DNA of 64,000 bases, taken from the NCBI GenBank assembly GCA_963822445.1, contig CAWGHO010000001.1, positions 800,001 through 864,000 of the forward strand, read 5' to 3'. Under the pieces are notes generated by a model, which worked only from the letters and a program-made list of their open reading frames with translations, did no database searches and was not told where the DNA came from. Within the stretch, counting starts at the first letter, position 1; each line of letters begins with the position of its first letter. The DNA comes from an uncultured Acidobacteriota bacterium. GTDB taxonomy: Bacteria > Acidobacteriota > Thermoanaerobaculia > Gp7-AA8. The translations under genes and the position numbers were made by a program. Below are positions 33,676-43,213 of the stretch, piece by piece.

Positions 33676-34671
33676 ATGGACGTATCGCTATCCGACCTAT
33701 CCAATTACAGGGGCTCCCGTGTCCTGATCACCGGCGGCCTCGGATTCATCGGCAGCACCATCGCCCACAAGCTGGTCCAGCTCGGCGCGCGCGTGACCGT
33801 GCTCGACGCGCTGCTGCCCCAGCACGGCGGCAGCGTGAAGAACATGGAGGGCATCGAGTCGAAGGTCGAGGTGGTCGTCGACGACATCCGCAACAGCAAC
33901 GTCGTGCGGCGTGTCGTGACGGACAAGGACGTGATTTTCAATCTCGCCGGTCAGGTCAGCTATACCGAGAGCATGACCGATCCGTATCTCGACCTCGACA
34001 TCAGTTGTCTCGGTCATCTGACCGTGCTCGAAGCCTGCCGCCAGCTGAACCCGCGCGTGCGCATAGTCTTCTCCAGCTCGCGCATGGTTTACAAACGCAA
34101 CCCAGCCCTGCCCGTGACCGTCGATGCGCCTGTCGAGCCGCTCACGATCTACGGCGTGCACAAGCTCACCGGCGAGCACTACCACCGGCTCTACTCGGAG
34201 GTGTACGACATGCCGACGGTGGTCATCCGGGTCACGAATCCATACGGCCCCCGCCAGCGCGTCGAGGGTGGCAAGTACGGGATCGTGAACTGGTTCACCA
34301 CGCTCGCCATGCGTGGAGACCGCCTGCGCATCTTCGGCGATGGAAGCCAGATGCGCGACTACATCTACATCGACGACCTGACCGAGATCTTCCTGCGCGC
34401 GGGTCAGCTCACGCACCCGAAGGGGCAGATCTACAACGGTGGCTCGGGAACCGGCACCTCGTTCCGGACGATGGTCGAGTCGATCGTCACCGCGGTCGGC
34501 GCCGGGGAAATCCAGACGGTCGACTGGCCTGAGAACTATTCGCGGTTTGAGACGGGCGACTTCGTTGCGGACATCTCCCGAACCGTCGACGCACTGGGAT
34601 ATAAACCGACGACGTCGCTGGACGACGGGCTGGCCAGAACGGTCGCGTTTTATCGCGAGACGGGACTATGA
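33676..34671 (+). CDS. NAD-dependent NDP-sugar epimerase/dehydratase
   Basis: ITGGLGFIG, NLAG, YGVHK, NPYGPRQ, GDGSQMRDYIYIDD; start ATG 33676 after AAGGA. Confidence 0.9.
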   Translation: MDVSLSDLSNYRGSRVLITGGLGFIGSTIAHKLVQLGARVTVLDALLPQHGGSVKNMEGIESKVEVVVDDIRNSNVVRRVVTDKDVIFNLAGQVSYTESMTDPYLDLDISCLGHLTVLEACRQLNPRVRIVFSSSRMVYKRNPALPVTVDAPVEPLTIYGVHKLTGEHYHRLYSEVYDMPTVVIRVTNPYGPRQRVEGGKYGIVNWFTTLAMRGDRLRIFGDGSQMRDYIYIDDLTEIFLRAGQLTHPKGQIYNGGSGTGTSFRTMVESIVTAVGAGEIQTVDWPENYSRFETGDFVADISRTVDALGYKPTTSLDDGLARTVAFYRETGL

Positions 34672-34672
34672 G

Positions 34673-35293
34673 ATGAGCACCTCTTTATTCGACTTCGACA
34701 AAGCTCAGTTCCTGACGGCGTCGTCGCGGGCGCACGAGCTGCTCATCCTCAGCGAGATCGGCCGCAACGGTTTCGCGGTGCCCGCCCGAACCTCGTTCCG
34801 TTCGCTCAGCGACATGATGGTTCAGGCCTATCTCCTCGAGCTGACCGAACAGAAGCAGATCGAAAAGCAGCGGGAGGGTAACGACACCGTCCTCCGGCTC
34901 ACCGCCGCGGGGCAGGACCGCCTGCGGTATCTGATGGTCGATTACGTCCAGGAATTGCTCTCGCTGTACGGGAAGGCGCGGGACTTCTTCCGCACCCGCC
35001 TCGCCGACTACTACCTGCAGGGCGTTCGCACCGTTGCGCTCTATCCGACGGGCGAAACGGCGGAAGTCATCTACGACGCGATGACCGACTCGGGACTGAA
35101 ACTGGTCGCCGCGATCGACGACGATCCGATGCGCTGGGACACGCGCTTTCACGACGTGACGATCAGTCCTCCCGATCGCCTCCGGCAGCTCGACGTCAAT
35201 GGCGTCATCGTCTCGACCTGCGTGTTCTCGAACGAAGTCACCGAGCGGATCCGGGGCATGAATCTTCCTGACGTCCGGATCCTCACCATCTGA
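34673..35293 (+). CDS. MarR-like winged-helix regulator with C-terminal Rossmann-like domain
   Basis: HELLILSEI...MVQAYLLEL...LRLTAAG, then VALYPTGETAEV...VAAIDD. Confidence 0.7.
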   Translation: MSTSLFDFDKAQFLTASSRAHELLILSEIGRNGFAVPARTSFRSLSDMMVQAYLLELTEQKQIEKQREGNDTVLRLTAAGQDRLRYLMVDYVQELLSLYGKARDFFRTRLADYYLQGVRTVALYPTGETAEVIYDAMTDSGLKLVAAIDDDPMRWDTRFHDVTISPPDRLRQLDVNGVIVSTCVFSNEVTERIRGMNLPDVRILTI

Positions 35294-35295
35294 CC

Positions 35296-35958
35296 ATGAA
35301 CGCAGCCATCATCGGCGCCGGGCAGAACGGCGGACAGGTCTTCAACATCCTCAAGCTCGACAAGAGCGTGAATGTGGTCGCATTTCTCGACGACAACCGC
35401 GAGAAGCACGGCACGGAGAAATACGGGCGGCCGATCGCGGGCGCCCTCGCCGACATCGAGGAGATCGCGCAGCGGCTGGGGATCACAGCGGCCATTCCCG
35501 CCGTCGGCAACAATCGGTTCCGAGCGTCGATCGCGAAGCGGCTTCGCCAGGCGAATCTGGAGATCCTCCGCGCGATCCATCCGTACACATTCATCGAAGA
35601 AACGGCCACGATCGCCGAGGGCGCCATCATCGAGATGGGAGTGTTGATTCACCCGGAAGCGCGGATCGGACGGTCGGCATTCATCGGCGGCTCTTCGGTC
35701 ATCGCCCACGACTGCACCATCGAAGACTTCGTGCTGATCGGCGGCGGCGTCGTGTTCGGCGGCAATGTCACGATCGGAGCCTTCTCCACCATCGGCGTCG
35801 GGACGATTCTCCAACCGCAGGTGCGCGTCGGCCGCAACGTCACCACCGGCATCGGCGCCGTCGTGGTCAAGGATCTTCCCGACAATGCGGTCGCCGTCGG
35901 CGTGCCGGCGAAGATCATCCGTTACAACGAACCGCTCGAGGAGAGTCAGCTTGCCTAA
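35296..35958 (+). CDS. Sugar acyltransferase, NeuD/PglD family
   Basis: IIGAGQNG, AVGNN, AIHP, hexapeptide repeats with AHDC, GVPAK. Confidence 0.9.
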   Translation: MNAAIIGAGQNGGQVFNILKLDKSVNVVAFLDDNREKHGTEKYGRPIAGALADIEEIAQRLGITAAIPAVGNNRFRASIAKRLRQANLEILRAIHPYTFIEETATIAEGAIIEMGVLIHPEARIGRSAFIGGSSVIAHDCTIEDFVLIGGGVVFGGNVTIGAFSTIGVGTILQPQVRVGRNVTTGIGAVVVKDLPDNAVAVGVPAKIIRYNEPLEESQLA

Positions 35959-37479
35959 ATTCCTCACGGCCGCGGAGGCGGTGAGCCTCGTGCAGGACGG
36001 CCAGACCCTGGCCACGTCGGGATTCCGTTTCGCCGCCTCGCCCGAGGAGCTGTTCCTCGAGCTGGGACGCCGCTACGTGGAGTTCGAGCATCCCCGGGAC
36101 CTGACCGTGGTCTTCTCCAGCGCCCAGGGGGACGACGAGAGCCGCGGGCTGGATCACCTGGCGCGGGCAGGCATGATCAAGCGTGTCATCGGCGGCTTCT
36201 TCGGCGTCACGCCGAAGCTGAACGCCCTCGTGACGTCTGATGCGATCGAGGCCTACAACCTGCCGCAGGGGCAGCTGACGCGCCTTTATCACGCCATCGC
36301 CACCCGCCAGCCGGGCCTCATCACCCGCGTCGGTCTCGGCACGTTCCTCGATCCACGGCTCGAAGGCGCGCGGCTCAACAAGCGCACCACCGAGGAATTG
36401 ATCGAGGTCGTCGAATTCGCGGGACGCGAGTACCTGATGTACCGCACGTTCCCGATTCACGTGGCCATCATCCGCGCGACGACCGCCGACGAGAAAGGCA
36501 ACCTCAGTTGTGAGAACGAGGCGGTGAAGCTCGAGGCGCTGCCGCTGGCGTGCGCTGCCCGGGCGTCCGGTGGAATCGTGATTGCGCAGGTCGAACGGCT
36601 GACCGCGCGGCATACGCTGCATCCCAGGCTGGTCGAGGTGCCTGGCTACATGGTCGACATCGTGGTCGTCGCGTCGAACGTGACCGACAATCACCGCCAG
36701 ACGCTGCAACATGTCTTCACACCGGAGTACTCGGGGCATGTGCGCGCGCCGATCTCGGCGATGAAGCCGATGTCGCAGGGACCGCGGCGCATCATCGCCA
36801 CGCGCTGCGTCGACGAAATCAACCCGGATGACGTCGTGAACCTCGGATCGGGCATGCCCGAGGGCATCGGCCTGATCCTCGCCGAGCGGGGGCTCTCCGA
36901 TTCCGTCTACCTGACGCTCGAATCGGGTGTGAGCGGCGGCGTGCCGGCAACGCAACCCGATTTCGGCGTGGCGACGAATCCCGATGCCATCATCCGGCAC
37001 GACGATCAGTTCTGCTTCTTCAACTCCGGCGGCATCGACGTCGCGTTCCTCGGCTTCGCGCAGGTCGACGGCACCGGCAGTGTGAATGTCAGCAAGTTCA
37101 ACGGCCAGGTCGTCGGCTGCGGCGGCTTCGTCGACATCGCCCAGAATGCGAAGAAAGTGATCTTCTGCGGCACGTTCAACTCCGGGGGCTCGACGTCCGC
37201 TGCGATGAGTCGGGCCTGAAGATCTTGAAAAACGGCCGCCACCAGAAATTCATCGCCGGCGTCGAGCAGGTGACGTTCAGCGGCGACTACGCGCGGGACA
37301 ACAATCAGCGGGTGCTCTACGTGACCGAGCGTTGCGTGTTCGAGCTGACCGCGAACGGACTGACCCTGACCGAGGTTGCACCGGGAATCGACGTCAAACG
37401 CGACGTCCTCGACCTCATGGAATTCAGGCCCGAGGTCGCCGAGCCTGTGCTGACCATGCACGCTGGCTGCTTCAAATGA
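35951..37479 (+). CDS. Acyl-CoA:acetate CoA-transferase (fused alpha/beta, YdiF/Pct type); frameshift in G5 run
   Basis: TTG 35951 MPKFLTAAEAV; AYNLPQG, VGLGTFLDPR, NLGSGMPE, LESG, NVSKF, GGFVDI. One extra G at 37184-37188 joins SGGLDV...GLKILKNGRHQKF...VLYVTERCVF...EVAPGID to stop 37479. Confidence 0.9.
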
Positions 37480-38225
37480 GCGACAAGCGCGTCGCATTGA
37501 TCACCGGCGGGAACCGCGGCATCGGAAAGGCGTGCGCATACGGCCTCGCGCTCGACGGCTTCGACATCGCCATCAGTTACGCGCGGCACGCGGATGATGC
37601 GCGCGAATTCGTGGGCGAGCTCGCGTCCCGAAACGTGCAGGCGCGTGCATACCAGGCGGAGCTCAGCGCCGGCGATACGGCCGCCGGCCTGATCGAACGG
37701 GTGCTGGCCGACTTCGGTCGCCTCGATGTTCTCGTCAACAATGCCGGCCTCGCGCCAGTGAAACCGATCGACGAGATCACGATCGAGGAATGGGACGAAG
37801 TCCTCGATGTGAATCTTCGCGCTGCATTCTTCTGCGCGCAGCGGGCGTTCGTGCACATGCGTGACAGCGGCCGCGGCGGAAGACTGATCTTCATGAGCTC
37901 CCAGGCCGGACAGGCCGGCGGGGTCTTCGTAGGCGCGCATTACGTCGCCTCCAAAGCGGCGCTGATCGGAATCACCAAATCGTTCGCCAAAGCCGGCGCA
38001 GCCCACAACGTGCTGGCCAACTGTGTCGCCCCCGGCCAGATCGATACACCGCTCACCGGTGCCTTCCCTCGCGACCGCGTCGAGCAACTCACCCAAGCGA
38101 TTCCCCTCGGCCGCATGGGATCGGCCGATGAAGTGGCGGCCGCGGTCCGCTTCCTCGCTTCGGAAGCTTCGTCGTACATCACCGGAGCGACGATCCCCGT
38201 GAATGGCGGGCTGCTGATGCCATGA
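37476..38225 (+). CDS. SDR-family oxidoreductase (FabG-like)
   Basis: ITGGNRGIG, NNAG, SS..YVASK, NCVAPG, IPLGRMG; ATGA overlap with the CoA-transferase stop. Confidence 0.92.
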   Translation: MSDKRVALITGGNRGIGKACAYGLALDGFDIAISYARHADDAREFVGELASRNVQARAYQAELSAGDTAAGLIERVLADFGRLDVLVNNAGLAPVKPIDEITIEEWDEVLDVNLRAAFFCAQRAFVHMRDSGRGGRLIFMSSQAGQAGGVFVGAHYVASKAALIGITKSFAKAGAAHNVLANCVAPGQIDTPLTGAFPRDRVEQLTQAIPLGRMGSADEVAAAVRFLASEASSYITGATIPVNGGLLMP

Positions 38226-40351
38226 CCGCGGACCGCATCGAGGCATCGAGCGGCTCGATCGCGGTTGATCGGCAAAGTGGCCAACTGATTTTCCATTCGC
38301 TGCATCTGCCGGCACCGCTCAAGTCCCGCGTCGGTTTCACGACCACGCGCGGACCGTTTGCTTCGAATGGCGGAGAGGTGCGGTGTACAACCGATCGGAG
38401 TGGCATTTTCCCGGGCGGGACGGTGCTCCACTGCGAACAGGGTCAGCTGCTCTGGAACCTTCACACCGACGGGCGCGGATTCGCCATCGAGGCCGGCGCG
38501 CGCGACGTCGCCGACGCGATCACGCGCTTCACGCTTTTTGACGGTGAGTCGCCGCAATTGTCGTCGATGCTGGTCGTCGCGTATTGCGGTGCGCACTCCC
38601 GGAGTCGCTTGAGCGCGAGCAAAGTCGTCGACCTCGACGAGTCGACGGACGAGCGGAGCTGGTGGTGCAGCGCGTTCGCGGACGGCAGCGGCCGAGGAAT
38701 GGTGCTCGGATTCCTCTCGGCGATGAGGTTTACGGGCGCAATCGACGTCGAGCGCGGCGTCTGCCGTGCCTACAACTTCGCGGAAAATGTCCGCGGTTCC
38801 GAAGTGTGGTCCGAGCCGCTGTTCGTCGGCTTCACGAACGACGTTGCCGAAGAGCTTCGGACGTATGCCGGCCAGGCCGCGCGCATGACCGGCGCGCCGC
38901 CACCGAAGCCGCCTGTCTCGGGTTGGGCGTCATGGCTTCACTACGGCGCGGACTTCGACGAGCGGACCGTCCTCGAGAATGCGGACGAGCTGGCCCGCTG
39001 GTTCGAGGGCTCGCCGCAACGGCCGGTCGTGCACATCGATCACGGCTGGGAAAAGCGGGTCCGCCTGCATCGGCCCGATCTGAACTGGGAGCCGCGACCC
39101 GATTTCACGCGCGACCTGCCTGGTCTCGTAGCCGGGATCGCGGCGAAGAATCTTCGCACCGGCTTGTGGGTGGTGCCGTTCGCAATCAACGTCGGCGCCG
39201 CCGGCGCGGAAAGATTGCTCGATCTCGTGGTGCGCGACGCGAGCGGCAATCCAAAGCTCGTGGGCGCGGGTCAGAACTACTGCATCGATCCCACCCACCC
39301 CGCCGGCGAGCGCTGGCTGCGGGAGCTCTTTCACCGCTTTCGCTCCTGGGGCGTGTCGTACTTCAAGCTCGAGTATCTGCGCCTGCTTCTGGCGCCGGAG
39401 CCGCTCGACGCCGAGGACGGTCTCGATTCGATTCGCGTCTACGCGCGCGCGAAAACGCGGGCCGAGGCGTATCGATACGGGCTCGAAGTCATCCGCGATG
39501 TCGTCGGGCCAGACACGTACCTCCTCGGCTGCGGCGCCCCTGCCCTGCCGAGCGCGGGCCTGGTCGACAGCCACCGCATCGGAGGCGACATCGAGCGCTG
39601 GTGGTCGAAGGACGAAGGAACGGGAGTCCGCCACAGCGCCCGAAACGCCGCGGCAAACGTGTTCTGGAATGGACGCACCTGGCGTAACGACCCCGACGTT
39701 CTGGCGGCGTTCGACGAGCCCAATCTCCAGCGATTCTGGACGACGACGGTCGCGCTCAGCGGCGGCACGGCCATGGTCAGCGCATCGCTCAGACAACTCA
39801 CTCCCATGCAACACGCCGCGATCCGCGGAGCCATGCCGTCGCTCGGGATAGCCGCTGTTCCGCGCGGCAACGACACCTGGCATCTAGCGCTGCCGGCGCA
39901 TCACCTGCTCGCGTTCTTCAACTCATCTGACGACGCGCGCGAGTTCATGGCGGACATCACTGATCTCGGCGAGCTGGCCTGGGACTTCTGGAACGACCGG
40001 CCCGCGGAAGTGCGCGGCAACGCGCTTCACATTCAGTTGCCACCGCGCGACGCGGCGTTGATCGGCATCCGCAGGCGTCTCTCTCAACCGCAGCTCTGCG
40101 GCTCGACGCTCCACTACGGCATGGGCGCCCTGGACATCGCCGCGTCGATGTGGGATCGGGACAGGCGGCAGCTGACCACGACATTGACAGAGCCGCGACG
40201 CAACGGCAGTCTGGCGTTTCACGTGCCGCCGCCGTTCCGTCTGCTCCGTGCATCGATCGCGGCCGCGGAGGTTGGGGCGGAGATGTTCCGGGTGACGGTC
40301 GATGAGCGGACCGCACGTACGATCGAAATGGAGTTCGCAGAAGAGCCATGA
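38222..40351 (+). CDS. GH36-like (alpha-galactosidase) protein with altered catalytic motifs
   Basis: GWASW, HIDHGW, GLWVVPF, DPTHP, YFKLEYL, LLGCGAP, RIGGDI, WRNDPD. Confidence 0.8.
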   Translation: MTADRIEASSGSIAVDRQSGQLIFHSLHLPAPLKSRVGFTTTRGPFASNGGEVRCTTDRSGIFPGGTVLHCEQGQLLWNLHTDGRGFAIEAGARDVADAITRFTLFDGESPQLSSMLVVAYCGAHSRSRLSASKVVDLDESTDERSWWCSAFADGSGRGMVLGFLSAMRFTGAIDVERGVCRAYNFAENVRGSEVWSEPLFVGFTNDVAEELRTYAGQAARMTGAPPPKPPVSGWASWLHYGADFDERTVLENADELARWFEGSPQRPVVHIDHGWEKRVRLHRPDLNWEPRPDFTRDLPGLVAGIAAKNLRTGLWVVPFAINVGAAGAERLLDLVVRDASGNPKLVGAGQNYCIDPTHPAGERWLRELFHRFRSWGVSYFKLEYLRLLLAPEPLDAEDGLDSIRVYARAKTRAEAYRYGLEVIRDVVGPDTYLLGCGAPALPSAGLVDSHRIGGDIERWWSKDEGTGVRHSARNAAANVFWNGRTWRNDPDVLAAFDEPNLQRFWTTTVALSGGTAMVSASLRQLTPMQHAAIRGAMPSLGIAAVPRGNDTWHLALPAHHLLAFFNSSDDAREFMADITDLGELAWDFWNDRPAEVRGNALHIQLPPRDAALIGIRRRLSQPQLCGSTLHYGMGALDIAASMWDRDRRQLTTTLTEPRRNGSLAFHVPPPFRLLRASIAAAEVGAEMFRVTVDERTARTIEMEFAEEP

Positions 40352-41391
40352 AAGCGCTGGTCAAGGTCAAGCCGGGATCCGGCAACCTCGTGCTGCAGGA
40401 GATGCCGGTTCCAACGCCGTCCGCGCGGGACGTGGTGATCCGCGTGCGGGCCGTCGGCGTGTGCGGCACGGACGTTCACATCCTTCACGGCAACTATCGG
40501 ACGTCCACGCCGATCATCATCGGCCACGAGTTTTCCGGGGAGATCGCCGAAGTGGGCGCCGAAGTCACGGCCTGGAAGGCGGGAGATCGGGTCGTCGTCG
40601 AGAACACCGCCGGGGCCTGCGGCACGTGCAAGCTGTGCCGCACCGGCAATCCGCACATCTGCTCGTCGAAGCTCGCATACGGCACCGATTCGCATGGGGC
40701 CATGGCCGAATACGCGATGTTTCATCAGGACGCGCTGCACCGCATTCCCGACAGCGTCACCTTCGAGGACGCCGCACTGACCGAGCCGCTGGTCGTCGTG
40801 AATCACGCCCTCCTCGAGCGCGCCACGATTCCCCCGTCGTCGACCGTCGTCGTCCTCGGCGCCGGCACGATCGGGCTGATGTCGGTCCAGGTCGCAAAAT
40901 CGATCGGCGTCGGACATGTGATCCTGGCCGGCACGTCGAAAGATGCCGGCCGGCTCGCGCTCGGGCGGGAGCTCGGTGCCGACACGATCGTCAATGTCGA
41001 ACAGGACGATCTACGGCAGGTCGTGAATCGACTCACCGCGAACAACGGCGCGGACGTCGTGATCGAAGCGTCCGGTTCGCCGAAGGCTTCCGCGGAGAGC
41101 ATCCATCTCGTCGCTCGCGCCGGACAGGTCATCGTCATCGGACTGACCGGCGCGCCTGTGAGCATCGACTGGGACCTGGCCGTCTTCAAGGAGATCGACA
41201 TCCGCTTCTCCAAGAGTTCCACCTACATGAGCTGGGTGCGCGCGTTGCGGATGATCGCGTCCGGCGACGTGAAGACGGCGCCGCTGATCACCCATCGCTT
41301 CCCGCTCGACCAATGGCGCGAGGCGCTGCGCGTGGTCGAGAGCGGTGAAGCGGTCAAAGCACTGGTTTTCCCTGATGGAGGAACGACGTGA
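40348..41391 (+). CDS. Zn-dependent alcohol/polyol dehydrogenase (MDR)
   Basis: GVCGTD, GHEFSG, CGTCKLC..C, GAGTIG. Confidence 0.93.
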   Translation: MKALVKVKPGSGNLVLQEMPVPTPSARDVVIRVRAVGVCGTDVHILHGNYRTSTPIIIGHEFSGEIAEVGAEVTAWKAGDRVVVENTAGACGTCKLCRTGNPHICSSKLAYGTDSHGAMAEYAMFHQDALHRIPDSVTFEDAALTEPLVVVNHALLERATIPPSSTVVVLGAGTIGLMSVQVAKSIGVGHVILAGTSKDAGRLALGRELGADTIVNVEQDDLRQVVNRLTANNGADVVIEASGSPKASAESIHLVARAGQVIVIGLTGAPVSIDWDLAVFKEIDIRFSKSSTYMSWVRALRMIASGDVKTAPLITHRFPLDQWREALRVVESGEAVKALVFPDGGTT

Positions 41392-42392
41392 CCGCACGGA
41401 TCGATACGGATTGGCAATATCGCGGCCTGCGCGCCGTCGTGCTCGAGAACGACCTGGTCCGCGCCGACATTTTTCCGGAGGCGGGCGCGAAGATCTACAA
41501 CGTGATCTACAAGCCGCTCGATTACAACTTCATGTGGCATCACCCGCGCGTGCCGCTCGAGAAAGTTGCCCTGGGTCTTCCGTACGACGACTACTTTTCC
41601 GGCGGCTGGGACGAGCTCTTTCCGAACGACGCGCCCGGTCCCTTCGGCGGGCTCAATCTGCCGGATCACGGTGAGCTCTGGTGCCGGCCGTGGGACTTCG
41701 AGATCGTCGCGCGCGATCCGAAGGAAGTGACGCTGTATCTCAGCCGCAGGGGCGCGGTAACGACGACTTTCATCGAGAAATGGATCACGTTGCGCGAAGG
41801 CGAGTCGGTCCTGCGCTTCCGGCATCGCATCACCAACGACAGCAAAGAGCCGTTCGAGTTTCTCTGGAAGCTCCACCCCGCCGTCGTCTCTTCCGAACAT
41901 CATCGTGTCGACGTGCCGGGCCGCCGGGGGCAATACGTCAGCGGCGAGTGGTCCAGGCTCGATCGGGCTAACCTCGACTTCGACTGGCCCAATGCAACCA
42001 GCAGCGATGGGCAGACCGCGGATCTCCGCTTCCCGCTCGCGGCCAGCTCCGGGAAGCGCGATTTCGTTTACGTGACCGAGCTCGAACAGGGATGGTGCGC
42101 CGTCACCGATACACGCAGGGAAGTCGGTTTTGGACTGACCTTTCCCCTGAGCGTTTTTCCGTCCGTCTGGCTGTTCATGCCCCACGGCGGCTGGCGCGAC
42201 ATTCAGACGGTGATCCTCGAGCCGTGCACGGCGTGGCCGAAAGACCTCGAGATCGCATCACGGCAGGGAACGATCGGCCGGCTCGATGCCGGCGCGTCGC
42301 TCGAATGTGAAGTGAGCGCGATCGTCTACGCCGGCGTCAAAGGCGTCGGCGGCTTCACCGAAGACGGTCGCGTGATTCCGGCGAGCGATTAA
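41388..42392 (+). CDS. Galactose mutarotase-like (aldose 1-epimerase fold) protein
   Basis: LENDLVRADIFPEAGAKI, GGWDELFP, PDHGELW, WKLHP, LEP. Confidence 0.8.
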   Translation: MTARIDTDWQYRGLRAVVLENDLVRADIFPEAGAKIYNVIYKPLDYNFMWHHPRVPLEKVALGLPYDDYFSGGWDELFPNDAPGPFGGLNLPDHGELWCRPWDFEIVARDPKEVTLYLSRRGAVTTTFIEKWITLREGESVLRFRHRITNDSKEPFEFLWKLHPAVVSSEHHRVDVPGRRGQYVSGEWSRLDRANLDFDWPNATSSDGQTADLRFPLAASSGKRDFVYVTELEQGWCAVTDTRREVGFGLTFPLSVFPSVWLFMPHGGWRDIQTVILEPCTAWPKDLEIASRQGTIGRLDAGASLECEVSAIVYAGVKGVGGFTEDGRVIPASD

Positions 42393-43213
42393 TCCGGCTT
42401 CCTGGCGAGCGCGAACAGGCGATTGGCCTTGTGGCCGAGGACGAAGCTGCGAAAGAGAGCGATGGGGAGATAGGCCACTTTCTTGTTGCCCACTTCCTCC
42501 TGCCATGCGAACGGCTTCTGCCTGGTAGCCACGACCTCGAACTTCGATTGCCGCAGCAGCCGCTCCATCGTCGGCGGACGCCAGTAGGTGACGTGATAGG
42601 GCGGACGGCGCGTGATCTCTGTCGTCGCGCGTTCCCAGGGACTGTTCCAGTTCGGCGTGGAGATCGCCCAGTGGCCGCCGGGCTTCAGAATACGGAACAC
42701 CTCTGCCGCGAAGCGCTGCGGCTCGGTGACGTGCTCCAGCACCTCCCACGAGGTTACGGCGTCGAACGACGCTGACGGAAAGTTGCAGCCTTCCAGCGTT
42801 CCTTCGTGAACGATCGAGCCGGTCGACTTGCGCGCGGCTTCGGCCGCAGGAGGCGAGATCTCGACCCCTTCAGCGCTCCAGCCGCGATCCTTGGCCGCAT
42901 CCATGAAGATGCCGGTGCTGCAGCCGATGTCGACCAGTCGTCCACCGGCCGGCGCGGTGACGCGGTTGAAGAAATGCCGCCACGCCCAGGCCACGTGATA
43001 CGAGCGCTTGGAAATGCCCTCGGCCTGGTCGTAGTAGCCGCTGTAGCAGTGAGTCGGATCGGCGTAGGCCTGGTGATACAGATGGGGCGGCGGCTCGAGC
43101 GGATCGGCAAATACGAGACCGCACGAGACGCACCGCACCATCGCGTATTCGTTCCAGGTCATCTCGGGACGATGTTCAGAAGCGCCGCACAGCGGACAGC
43201 GGACCGTATTCAC
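42389..43213 (-). CDS. Class I SAM-dependent methyltransferase with N-terminal CxxC..CxxC
   Basis: CPLC...CVSCGL, LVDIGCSTG, GVEIS, EVLEHV, LKPGG, STPN. Confidence 0.9.
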   Translation of the reverse strand: MNTVRCPLCGASEHRPEMTWNEYAMVRCVSCGLVFADPLEPPPHLYHQAYADPTHCYSGYYDQAEGISKRSYHVAWAWRHFFNRVTAPAGGRLVDIGCSTGIFMDAAKDRGWSAEGVEISPPAAEAARKSTGSIVHEGTLEGCNFPSASFDAVTSWEVLEHVTEPQRFAAEVFRILKPGGHWAISTPNWNSPWERATTEITRRPPYHVTYWRPPTMERLLRQSKFEVVATRQKPFAWQEEVGNKKVAYLPIALFRSFVLGHKANRLFALARKPD

